A DNA stretch of 64,000 nucleotides from an uncultured Gemmatimonadales bacterium (GTDB lineage Bacteria; Gemmatimonadota; Gemmatimonadetes; Gemmatimonadales; GWC2-71-9). The stretch lies in NCBI GenBank assembly GCA_963748815.1, contig CAVVKJ010000005.1, forward strand, positions 1-64,000, given 5' to 3'. Made by a program: the position numbers and the translations under genes. The notes under the pieces were generated by a model, which made no database searches, was not told where the DNA came from, and was given only the letters and a program-made list of their open reading frames with translations. Below, in pieces: positions 38,857 through 48,139 of this stretch (position 1 is the stretch's first letter; the number at the start of each line of letters is the position of its first letter).

Positions 38857-39651
38857 AGACTCCGCGCCCGCAGATCACGGTGATGGTGCACCGCGACGGG
38901 GAGGTGAACTCACGCACCTTCCGGATGCCGATCTGGCTCTTCCGCGTCGCTGATGGCGACCGGGGCGGTGCTGCTGGTGGCGGCGCTCGTCCTCGGCGCC
39001 TGGTACGCGCCGCTGCTCAGGGCCGCGGCGAGCGTGCCCCGGCTGCGCGAGGACGTGGCGCGGCTGGAGGCTGAAACCGCCAAGGTGCGGGAACTCGCCG
39101 CGGCGCTCGACAGCGCGGAGCGGCGGTATGGCCGGCTCCGCGAGATGGTCGGCGCGGACATCGTTCCCGATCCGATCGCCCTCGCCTACTCGCTGCCGCT
39201 GGCCCCCCCCGTCAACGCGGCGGCGCCGGGGCCGCGCGCCGCCCCGCCGACCGGGCCGTCGGTCCCCAACCGCTGGCCGCTCGATGCCGCCGGGTACATG
39301 ACCCGCGGACTCGTGCCCGCCGGCGGTACGGAGGAGGCCCACACCGGCGTCGATCTGGCCGTGACCATCGGCACGCCGGTCCGCGCCGCGGGCGGCGGGA
39401 CCGTGCTGGACAGCGGCAACGATCCGGAGTACGGCATCTTCGTGCTCCTCGGCCATCCGAATGGCTACGAGTCGAAGTACGGCCACCTCTCCCGGTCGCT
39501 GGTCCTCACCGGCCAGGTGGTCGGCGCGGGTGAGGTCATCGGCCTCTCCGGCAACACGGGGCGCTCGACCGCGCCCCACCTGCATCTCGAAATTCGTCGG
39601 GGCGACGAGACAATCGATCCCCTCACCATGGTGAACGAGGACTCACGATAA
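38853..39651 (+). CDS. M23-family peptidase with TM helix and coiled coil; apparent +1 frameshift at about 38950
   Basis: HTGVD, YGHL, GNTGRSTAPHLH motifs; N-terminus in ORF 38853, remainder in ORF 38953. Confidence 0.9.
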
Positions 39652-40091
39652 TGGCCATCTTCTCCAACACACCACGCGAACCCGAAGTCAACCAGATGCG
39701 TCGGCGTACCGACCATACCTCGCTCTCGATCATCGCCAAGGACCTGACCGTCACCGGCGATCTCCAGACCGAGGGCGTCGTGAAGATCGAAGGCAAGGTC
39801 AAGGGCGTCATTCGCGCCAACACCCAGGCACTCGTCGCACCGGGGGCGCTGGTGCAGGGCGACATCCACACCGCCGAGGCGGTGATCGGTGGCCGCGTGG
39901 AGGGGAACGTCCACGCGACGGACCGGGTCGAGGTGCAGGCGACCGCCGAAGTGCAGGGCGACGTGTTCACCCGGCGCATCGTCGTGCTGGAAGGCGGCAG
40001 CGTGAACGGGTCGATCAAGATGGGATCCGTGCAGGATCCGAAGGCGGCACCGAAGCCGGCCCCCAAGCCGGAGCTCGGTCCCAACGGGTGA
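39651..40091 (+). CDS. Bactofilin (polymer-forming cytoskeletal protein)
   Basis: SIIAKDLTVTGDL...VKIEGKVKG...VIGGRVEGNV...VQGDV...SVNGSIKM beta-helix repeats. Confidence 0.93.
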   Translation: MAIFSNTPREPEVNQMRRRTDHTSLSIIAKDLTVTGDLQTEGVVKIEGKVKGVIRANTQALVAPGALVQGDIHTAEAVIGGRVEGNVHATDRVEVQATAEVQGDVFTRRIVVLEGGSVNGSIKMGSVQDPKAAPKPAPKPELGPNG

Positions 40092-41047
40092 TGGCGCACC
40101 GCACGCTGGGCTGGATGCTCGCCAGCGCGCTGTTGGCGAGTTGTGCCACACGGGAGGCGCCGGCGCCATTCCGCGTGGCACTTGTCACACCGGGCTCCAT
40201 TGCCGATGCCGCGTGGAACTCCGGGGCGTACACCGGCCTCGGCCAGATTCACGACTCCCTCCACGTTCCCGTCAGTCACGTCGAGGCGCGCACGCCCGCG
40301 GAGCAGGAGGAGGCGCTGCGGACCTATGCGGCCCAGGGCTACAACCTGGTGTTCGGCCACGGGTTTGAGTTCCAGGGACCGGCGGAGCGGGTCGGCGCCG
40401 ACTACCCGACCGTGATCTTCATCATCACCTCGGGAGAGCGGGTGCGCGGCAATGTCGCGCCGTTGATCTTCCGGTTGCACGAGGCGAGTTTCCTCGCGGG
40501 AATGGTGGCGGGCGGGATGTCGAAGAGCGGGGTGATTGGCTTTGTGGGTGGCGTAGAGTTGCCGCCGGTACGCGAAGCCTCGGAGGCGTGGGTGGCCGGT
40601 GCGCGTGCGGTCAACCCGCAGATACAGAGCCGGATGACCTACCTCAACAACTGGGACGACGCCGCACTGGGCCGCGAGGCGGCGCGGGCGCTGATCCGCG
40701 TGGGCGCGGACATGCTGCACCACAACGCCGATGCCGCCGCCATCGGCGTGTTCCAGGCGGCGAAGGAAACGCCGGGGGTGTACCTCTTCGGCGCCAATGC
40801 CGACCAGACCGACCTGGCCCCGCAGCGCGTGCTTGGCTCCGCGGTGATCGACCTGCCGCGCGCCCTCCTGCTGGTGGCGCGCGAGGTCCAGGGGGGTACT
40901 TTCGTTCCGAAGGTCGAGTCGTTCGGGCTGGCCAGTGGCGTCGTGCGCTATGCGCCGAATCCCGCGCTCGATTCGATGGTTCCAGCCGCCTTGGCGGCGC
41001 GCGTCCGCGCCGCCGAGGACAGCATTCGCCAGCAGGATGGCCCATGA
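40088..41047 (+). CDS. BMP-family ABC transporter substrate-binding lipoprotein
   Basis: Lipobox LASC; PGSIADAAWN, GHGFEF, EASFLAGMVAG. Confidence 0.9.
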   Translation: MMAHRTLGWMLASALLASCATREAPAPFRVALVTPGSIADAAWNSGAYTGLGQIHDSLHVPVSHVEARTPAEQEEALRTYAAQGYNLVFGHGFEFQGPAERVGADYPTVIFIITSGERVRGNVAPLIFRLHEASFLAGMVAGGMSKSGVIGFVGGVELPPVREASEAWVAGARAVNPQIQSRMTYLNNWDDAALGREAARALIRVGADMLHHNADAAAIGVFQAAKETPGVYLFGANADQTDLAPQRVLGSAVIDLPRALLLVAREVQGGTFVPKVESFGLASGVVRYAPNPALDSMVPAALAARVRAAEDSIRQQDGP

Positions 41048-41820
41048 GCGAGCACGCGGTGTCCCTCTCCGAAATCAGCGAGTATCTCGACACCTTCCTC
41101 CGGGTGCGGGACATCCCCGACGCCGACGACGCCGTCAACGGACTCCAGGTGGAGAACGGCGGAACGGTGGACCGGATCGTCGCGGCGGTGGATGCCTCGC
41201 TCGAGGCGATCGAGCACGCCGCGCCGCCAGGCAGCCCGGGCGGCACCTTCCTCCTCGTGCACCACGGGCTGTTCTGGGACGGCAACATCCCGCTGACCGG
41301 GCGCCGGCACCGGCGAGTCCGGGCGCTCTTTGACCGGAACATCGCCCTTTATTCCGCGCACATCCCGCTGGACCTCCATCCGGACGTCGGCAACAACATC
41401 GTGCTGGCGCGCCGCCTCGAGCTCGAGCTGGAGGGCTGGTTTGGGGAATACCGCGGCCAGCGGCTCGGCGTCTACGGGGAGCTGGCCCTGCCGCGGGAAG
41501 AGCTGGTCAAGCGCATCGAGGGACAGCTGACCGCCACGGCCCGGCTGATCCCCGGTGGGCCGGAGACCACGCACCGCGTCGGCATCGTAACCGGGAGCGG
41601 CGGGGGGTTCATTGCCGAGGCGATCGCCGCCGGCATCGACACGCTCATCAGCGGCGAAGGCGCGCACCACACCTATTTCGACGCCATGGAACTCGGCATC
41701 AACCTGATTTACGCCGGGCACTATGCCACGGAACAGGTCGGGGTCCAGGCGCTGGCGCAGCACCTCGGGCTGCGATTCGAGCTGCCGTGGGAATTTCACA
41801 GGCACCCGACCGGCATGTAG
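41044..41820 (+). CDS. Nif3-like dinuclear metal center hexameric protein (YbgI/DUF34)
   Basis: NGLQVE, LVHHGLFW, HIPLDLHP.VGNN, AGHYATE. Confidence 0.93.
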   Translation: MSEHAVSLSEISEYLDTFLRVRDIPDADDAVNGLQVENGGTVDRIVAAVDASLEAIEHAAPPGSPGGTFLLVHHGLFWDGNIPLTGRRHRRVRALFDRNIALYSAHIPLDLHPDVGNNIVLARRLELELEGWFGEYRGQRLGVYGELALPREELVKRIEGQLTATARLIPGGPETTHRVGIVTGSGGGFIAEAIAAGIDTLISGEGAHHTYFDAMELGINLIYAGHYATEQVGVQALAQHLGLRFELPWEFHRHPTGM

Positions 41821-41849
41821 GCGGGACCCCTAGCGGCACCTCTATTTCA

Positions 41850-41890
41850 CCTCACCCCCTGTCCCCCTCTCCATGACATGGAGAGGGGGA
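41850..41890. repeat. CCTCACCCC-type palindromic repeat
   Basis: CCTCACCCCCTG followed by a 14-bp inverted repeat TCCCCCTCTCCATG-A-CATGGAGAGGGGGA. Confidence 0.7.
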
Positions 41891-41915
41891 ACGTCCATTG
41901 GGGTTCGATGTCCTG

Positions 41916-43377
41916 ATGCTCCTGTCGCTCTCCGGCATCTCCAAGTCATTCGGCTCCGTTCGAGCACTCGCGGGAGTGGATCTCGCGATTCGTCCCGGCG
42001 AAGTGCACGCCATTCTCGGCGAGAACGGCGCCGGCAAGTCCACGCTGCTCCACATCGCGGACGGGTTGCTGCGCCCCGAGGCGGGCACGATTTCGGTGGA
42101 CGGCGTCCCACTCCGATTCCGTTCCCCGCGCGATGCCCGACGCCGTGGCATCGGGATGGTGCACCAGCATGCCACCGCGGTGCCGGCGTTTTCGGTGATG
42201 GAGAACATCGCGCTCGCCGCCGGCTGGCCGGTGACGCCGGCGGGACTTCACCGCCGCACTGCCGAGTTGACCGCCCGCCTCGCCCTCCATCTCGACCCCC
42301 TGCAGCCCGCCGACGAGCTCTCCGTCGCGCTCAAACAGCGCCTCGAAATCGTGAAGGCGCTGGCGTCGGATGCCCGTCTCCTCCTGCTCGACGAGCCGAC
42401 CGCCGTGCTGGCGCCGGCGGAGGTCACGGAGCTGTTCCGCTTCGTGCGGGCATTCGCGCAATCGGGCGGTGCGGTGGCCGTGATTACCCACAAGCTCGAC
42501 GAAGCGCTGGCCGTTGCAGACCGGATCACGGTGCTGCGGCAGGGGAGGGTGACCCTCGAAGCGCGTGCGCGGCGAGGTGACCGCGGAATCACTGACGGAC
42601 GCGATGATCGGTGCCGCGATCAGCAGGACGCCGCGGACCCGCCCGGCGAGTGCTGGTCCGGTGCTGGTCCAGTGCGACGGGCTCGAGGTGACGGGAGCAT
42701 CCGGTTCGGGACTGCGCGGCGCCTCCTTCACCATTCGCGGCGGGGAACTCGTGGCGGTGGCGGGCGTGGAAGGGAATGGCCAGCGCGAGCTGCTCCGAGC
42801 GGTGGCCCAACTGCAGCCCCCGTTCCGCGGGCTGCTCGAGGTGGCCAGGCCGATCGCGTTTGTGCCGGAGGACCGCACGACCGAGGGGTTGATCCCGCTC
42901 CTGTCGCTCACTGAAAACGTCGTCCTTGGCGTCGGGCGCATCGCGCCCTGGATCCGGGGGCACCGGGTACGCCGGGTGGACTGGAAGGCTGCCGGCCGCC
43001 GGACGGCCGAGCTCATGGCGCAGTTTGATGTCCGCGCGAAGGGGCCCGACACGCCCGCGGGCACCCTCAGCGGGGGCAACCAGCAGAAGCTGCTGATCGC
43101 GCGGGCGCTCGAGCGGCGGCCACGGGTGCTGGTGGCGGAGAACCCGACGCGCGGCCTCGACCTGCAGGCGGCGGCGGACGTCCATGCGCATCTGCGTGCG
43201 GCGGCCTCGGCCGGCGCGGCGGTGCTGGTCTACTCGAACGATATCGATGAAGTCCTGGAGCTGGGGAGCCGGGTCCTGGTGGCGGCGAGCGGCCTGGTGA
43301 CTGAGGCGCCGCCTGGAGTGGACCGCGAGCGGTTGGGCGAGATGATGCTCCGGTCGGAGAGGTCCGATGCGCGGTAA
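41916..43377 (+). CDS. Sugar/nucleoside ABC transporter ATP-binding protein (two ATPase domains); apparent +1 frameshift near 42565
   Basis: GENGAGKST, LDEPTAVL, ITHKLDE; second half GVEGNGQREL, VPEDR, LSGGNQQK. Confidence 0.9.
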
Positions 43378-44426
43378 CCTCCGTGCGCTGGGCACCTCGT
43401 TCCTGGCGCTCGCCGTCGGGCTGCTGTTCCTCGCCATCGGCTTGCAACTCGCGGGGTACGATGCAGGTGCCGCACTCGCGGCGCTGTGGAATGGCGCCTT
43501 CGGTTCGTGGCGCGCCTTCACGGGGGCCACCCTGCTCCGCGCGGTGCCGCTGATCCTGATCGGGCTGGGGTTTGCGCTGGCGCTGCGCGGTGGCGCACTC
43601 AACATCGGGGCGGAGGGGCAGTTCTACGCCGGCGCCATCGCGGCAACGTGGGTCGGAGTGCAGGCCGCGGCGTGGCCGGCATGGCTCGCGCTGCCGACGG
43701 TAGCGCTCGCGGGCATTGCCGGTGGGGCGCTGTGGATGCTCCTGCCGGTGGTTCTCAAACTCCGGTTCGGGGTGCTCGAGGTGATCAGCACCCTGCTGCT
43801 GAATTTTGTGGCCGAGGCGCTGGTCAGCTGGATGGTGCAGGGACCCATGCAGGAGCCGTCGGGAACCTATCCGCAGAGCGCGCCGATCGCGGAGGCGGCT
43901 CGGCTGCCGATGTTGCCCGGCACTCGGCTCCATGCCGGGTTCGCCGTGGCACTGGCGATGGCGGCGCTGCTTGGCTGGGTCTTTGCGCGCACCTGGTGGG
44001 GCTTCCGTTTGCGCGCGCTGGGGGAGGGGCCGCAGGGCCGCGGCGGTGAGTGGACGGGTTCGCGCTGGGGGAATGATCGCCGTTGCGCTCTTCGCCTCGG
44101 GTGGGCTGGCCGGGCTGTCGGGGGCCTTCGAGGTGAGCGGCGTGTCGTACGCGCTCTACCAGAACCTTTCGCCCGGCTATGGATTCACGGCCATCGGCGT
44201 GGCGCTGCTGGCGCGACTGCGACCGTCCGCCATTGTGTTGACCGGTATCGTCTTCGCGGCGCTCGAGGCGGGGGCGGGAGCGATGCAGCGGGATGCAGGA
44301 ATCCCGGCGGTGGCGGTGTATGTCGTGGAGGGGGTGATCATCCTGGTGTTGCTGCTGGGAGAGGCAGTGGCGCGGCGCGGTGCCAGCCCCCAGGTCGCCA
44401 CGCGGTTGACGGACGGTGCAGCATGA
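43367..44426 (+). CDS. Nucleoside-type ABC transporter permease 1; apparent +1 frameshift near 44033
   Basis: LNIGAEGQF, EVISTLLLNF; C-terminus (GYGFTAIGVALLA) in ORF 43806..44426. Confidence 0.88.
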
Positions 44427-45343
44427 TGGCCCCGATGGCGGTGGCGACGGACGTACTGGCGGCGGCGGTGGGCATTGCCACGCCGCTGGCGCTGGCGGCT
44501 ACCGGAGAGACGATCGCTGAGCGATCGGGCGTGGTCAACCTCGGCGTCGAGGGGGCCATGCTGTTCGGGGCGCTTGGCGGCGCCATCGGCGCCACGGTCG
44601 CCGGCCCGGTGGCGGGACTCGGGGTCGGCATCCTGGCCGGGCTGCTGGTGGCCGCGCTCTTCGCCGCAGTGGCGATCGGCGCCGGCGCCGACCAGATCAT
44701 CACCGGGACGGCGGTGACGCTGGCGAGCGTGGGGCTGACGGGGACGATCTACCGGCAATTCTACGGGCCGGCCGGGGTCGGACTGTCACTTCCGACCTTG
44801 TCACCCATTCCATTGCCGGTCCTGGCGGACACCCCGATCGTCGGGTCCGCGCTCTTTACCCATCCCGTCACCACCTACCTGGCCGTGGGTCTCATTCCGC
44901 TCAGCTGGGCGCTGCTCTTTCGCACGCGATTTGGCCTTCGACTTCGCGCGGTGGGAGAGGATCCGGCGGCGGCCCGGGCCGCTGGGGTGCCGGTCCGCGC
45001 GACGCGCGCGATCGCGGTGCTGATCGGCGGCGCGTGTGCGGGGCTGGCCGGTGCCACGCTGGTGCTGGCGCAGGTCGGCACCTTTGCGGAGCGGATGACG
45101 GCGGGGCGCGGGTTCATCGCGATTGCGATCGTGGTGCTGGGGCGGTGGAACCCGGTGGGGGCGGGGCTGGCGGCGCTGCTCTTCGGACTGGCGACGGCGC
45201 TGCAGTTTGCGCTGCAGGCCGCCGGGCTCGATGTGCCGTACCAATTCTTCCTGATGTTCCCCTACCTGCTGACGCTGCTTGCGCTGGCCGGCGCCGTCGG
45301 GCGGGTGAAAGCGCCGGGCGGGCTGGGGAGGAATGAAAGCTAA
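44423..45343 (+). CDS. Nucleoside-type ABC transporter permease 2
   Basis: ERSGVVNLGVEG, ADQIITG, GLRLRAVGEDP, AGRGFIAIA, PYLLTL; ATGA overlap with permease 1. Confidence 0.92.
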   Translation: MMAPMAVATDVLAAAVGIATPLALAATGETIAERSGVVNLGVEGAMLFGALGGAIGATVAGPVAGLGVGILAGLLVAALFAAVAIGAGADQIITGTAVTLASVGLTGTIYRQFYGPAGVGLSLPTLSPIPLPVLADTPIVGSALFTHPVTTYLAVGLIPLSWALLFRTRFGLRLRAVGEDPAAARAAGVPVRATRAIAVLIGGACAGLAGATLVLAQVGTFAERMTAGRGFIAIAIVVLGRWNPVGAGLAALLFGLATALQFALQAAGLDVPYQFFLMFPYLLTLLALAGAVGRVKAPGGLGRNES

Positions 45344-45484
45344 GGAAAGAGAGAAAGCGGACTTGAGGACTGAGAGGGGCCAAAAAGCGCAAGGAGAAAT
45401 GAGGAGCGGCGGTGGCTAAGCCCGCGCTCCCTCCTTCGTCCTTCCGCCCCTCCAAGTCCCAAGTCCCCTTTCTCCTTCCCCCTT
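45343..45484. repeat. Palindromic element family A, copy 3
   Basis: GGAAAGAGAGAAAGCGGACTTGAGGACTGAGAGGGG...CCCCTCCAAGTCCCAAGTCCCCTTTCTCCTTCCCC between convergent genes. Confidence 0.85.
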
Positions 45485-45489
45485 CGTAG

Positions 45490-46125
45490 TCAGTCTCCCG
45501 GATTCTGAATCTTGTAGACCGCCGCCGCTGCCCAGCCACCCAGGAGGGGGGCAACGAGGTAGATCCACGCCTGCCCGAAGGAGCCGCCGGCAAAGATCAT
45601 GTCGGTGATCGTCGGGCCGAGGCCGACGGCCGGGTTAAAGGCGCCGCCGGAAATCGGGCCCGCCGCAAAGGCGCCGACGACCACCGTGAAGCCGATGGCC
45701 AGGCCGTAGAAGGAGTTGCCCTTCGTGGCCGTGGCCGTCGCGGTGTTGAGGACGACGAGCGCCAGCGCGAAGGTGAAGAGGAACTCAAGCACCAGCGAGT
45801 GGATCAGGGCATGTTCGGCCGACGGGGTCACGACCAGCGGAGTGCCCATGACGAGCAGGACGCCATGCGAGGCGGCGATGGCCCCGAGCAGCTGCGCACC
45901 CCAGTAGGGGAGGAGATCCTTCCGGTCCAACTTCCCGCGGAGAAAGGCCGCCAGCGACACGGCCGGATTGTAATGCCCACCCGAAACGTGGCCACCCATG
46001 TACACCATGATCATCAGCGAACAACCGATGGCCAGTGGCGCGAAGGGGTTGCCGCTGAGGACGGTGAGGCCGACGGTCAGCACCAGGAAGAAGGTGCCGA
46101 TGAACTCGGTGAGCAGTTTGGACAT
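45490..46125 (-). CDS. Aquaporin (MIP family)
   Basis: Two NPA motifs: SGGHYNPAV and GGAFNPAV. Confidence 0.95.
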   Translation of the reverse strand: MSKLLTEFIGTFFLVLTVGLTVLSGNPFAPLAIGCSLMIMVYMGGHVSGGHYNPAVSLAAFLRGKLDRKDLLPYWGAQLLGAIAASHGVLLVMGTPLVVTPSAEHALIHSLVLEFLFTFALALVVLNTATATATKGNSFYGLAIGFTVVVGAFAAGPISGGAFNPAVGLGPTITDMIFAGGSFGQAWIYLVAPLLGGWAAAAVYKIQNPGD

Positions 46126-46238
46126 GTGACTCTCCGTAGGGGGAAATCTGCGGTGCGGTGAAGCGCCTATATTGCCCCTCACGAGGAGGTTTCGCCAGAG
46201 GCCTCCGTCCAATTTCGCCCCCGTCCGAGGAGACACCC

Positions 46239-46778
46239 GTGGCCAGTCCATCTCCCTCCCGCCCGCCCGACTCGGAGTACAACTCCTATTATCAGCCGTA
46301 CGTGAAGGAAGTGCCGGAGGGAGACCTGCTGGACACGCTCAAAGCCCAGCGAGATTCCACATCTGCCGTGTTGGCAGGACTATCAGACAAACAGGCCGAT
46401 TTCCGGTATGCAGCCGGGAAATGGAGTATTCGGGAGGTGATTGGGCATGTGTCCGATGCCGAGCGGGTCTTCTCGTACCGGGCGCTGAGGATTGCGCGGG
46501 GCGACACTGTTGATCTTCCCGGGTTCGACGAGAACGCCTGGATGCCGATGGCGGGCTTTGACCGGCGGACGCTGGCCGAGGTTGCGGCGGAGTTCCGGGC
46601 AGTCCGCGAGGCGTCGCTGGCTCTCTTTGGCTCATTCGGCCCCGAGGCATGGCTCCGGATCGGTTCCGCCAGCGGGCATCCGGTCTCGGCACGGGCGCTG
46701 GGATGGATCCTGGCGGGCCACGAGTGCCACCACCTCCGCGTCCTGGAAGAGCGGTATTTCCCCAGTCTCAATTCCTGA
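46239..46778 (+). CDS. DinB-family protein
   Basis: YAAGKWSIREVIGHVSDAERVF, LPGFDEN, AGHECHH. Confidence 0.9.
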   Translation: MASPSPSRPPDSEYNSYYQPYVKEVPEGDLLDTLKAQRDSTSAVLAGLSDKQADFRYAAGKWSIREVIGHVSDAERVFSYRALRIARGDTVDLPGFDENAWMPMAGFDRRTLAEVAAEFRAVREASLALFGSFGPEAWLRIGSASGHPVSARALGWILAGHECHHLRVLEERYFPSLNS

Positions 46779-46911
46779 CTGGGCAAGGGATTCTCCCACC
46801 GGCTTCATCGCTCCTTCACTGCCCAATCGCCATGCTTCACGTCCACCTCCGCCATGCGGCGGGGGTGGCACGCGGCGCGGCACGAGGCCGGCGTCCCGAG
46901 GAGGAGGAACC

Positions 46912-47181
46912 ATGGTCAGCCAGCGAACATTTACGGTGGAAGAGGCCCGGAAGGTCGGCGCCCAAATCGGTGTCAAGTGGAATGAAGTCGATGTGGAGCA
47001 GTTCCGGATGGGGCTGGAGGTGGAGCTCGAGCACGGCGTTCGAAACGTCGTCACCAACGTGACCAACGACGACCTGGTGCTCACCGGGAAGATCGCGCTT
47101 GCGCACCTGATGGAACTGCCGGACTACTACACCCGGCTGCTGCGCATGGAGGAAGAGGCGCGGGTGATGCTGGCCCGGTAG
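46912..47181 (+). CDS. Small conserved hypothetical protein (DUF5661-like)
   Basis: QFRMGLEVELEHG...TNDD...GKIALAHLMELPDYYTRL; GGAGGA RBS. Confidence 0.82.
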   Translation: MVSQRTFTVEEARKVGAQIGVKWNEVDVEQFRMGLEVELEHGVRNVVTNVTNDDLVLTGKIALAHLMELPDYYTRLLRMEEEARVMLAR

Positions 47182-47230
47182 GGCCCGCGCCCACGTTGCG
47201 GCGTCCAGCCGTTGTGGGTAGCGTAGTCGC

Positions 47231-48136
47231 ATGAACATCGAACTGTTGGGCGTCCCGATGGACCTCGGTTCCGGGCGGCGTGGCGTGGACATGGGTCCCT
47301 CGGCGCTCCGGATCGCAGGTGTGGGCCCCGCCCTCTCGGCCCGCGGCCACCGCGTGTTCGACGGCGGCGACCTCGACATCAAGAACATGGAAGAGACCAC
47401 CTTCGGGAGCCGCCACGCGCGGTACCTCGGGGAAATTGCCCGTGCGTCAGGACTCCTGGCCAAGGCGGTGGAGCGGATACTCGACCGCAAGCGGTTCCCC
47501 CTGGTGCTGGGCGGAGACCACTCGATCGCGGTCGGCACGATTTCCGGCGTCGCGTCGTTCGCCCGCAAGAAGCGGAAGCAGCTCGGCCTCCTCTGGATCG
47601 ATGCCCACAGCGACATCCATGTGCCGAAGACCTCTCCCTCCGGCAACATTCACGGGATGCCGCTGGCCGCACTCTTCGGGCTCGGGCCCAAGGAACTCTC
47701 CGCCGTGGGCGGTGCGTGGCCGAAGATCGACGCGGAGCACACGGCGCTGGTCGGCATCCGGAGCCTCGAGGACGGAGAACGCCGCCACCTCGCCGAACTC
47801 GGGATCCGGGTCTACACCATGTCGGAAATCGACCGCGACGGCATCCACGCGGTCATGAGCGACGCGCTGGCCCGGGTCACTGACGGGACCGAGCTGCTGC
47901 ACGTGAGTTTCGACCTCGACGCCGTCGATCCGACCCTGGCGCCGGGCGTCGGCACGCCGGTCAAGGGCGGACTCGACTACCGGGAGGCGCATACCATCAT
48001 GGAACTGATCTCGGCGTCGAAACGGATGACCTCGCTCGAAGTCGTGGAGGTGAACCCGATCCTCGACGAGCGCAACCGCTCGGCGGTGCTCGCCGTGGAA
48101 CTGCTGGAATCAGCGTTCGGAAAGCGGATTCTCTAG
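47231..48136 (+). CDS. rocF: Arginase
   Basis: GVDMGPSALR, GGDHS, DAHSD, SGNIHGMP, SFDLDAVDP, APGVGTP. Confidence 0.95.
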   Translation: MNIELLGVPMDLGSGRRGVDMGPSALRIAGVGPALSARGHRVFDGGDLDIKNMEETTFGSRHARYLGEIARASGLLAKAVERILDRKRFPLVLGGDHSIAVGTISGVASFARKKRKQLGLLWIDAHSDIHVPKTSPSGNIHGMPLAALFGLGPKELSAVGGAWPKIDAEHTALVGIRSLEDGERRHLAELGIRVYTMSEIDRDGIHAVMSDALARVTDGTELLHVSFDLDAVDPTLAPGVGTPVKGGLDYREAHTIMELISASKRMTSLEVVEVNPILDERNRSAVLAVELLESAFGKRIL

Positions 48137-48139
48137 CTC

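Noticed and set aside
43367..45343. 658-aa fused double permease
   Set aside because: Artefact of the +1 insertion near 44033; the true permease 1 C-terminus is in another frame and ends at 44426.
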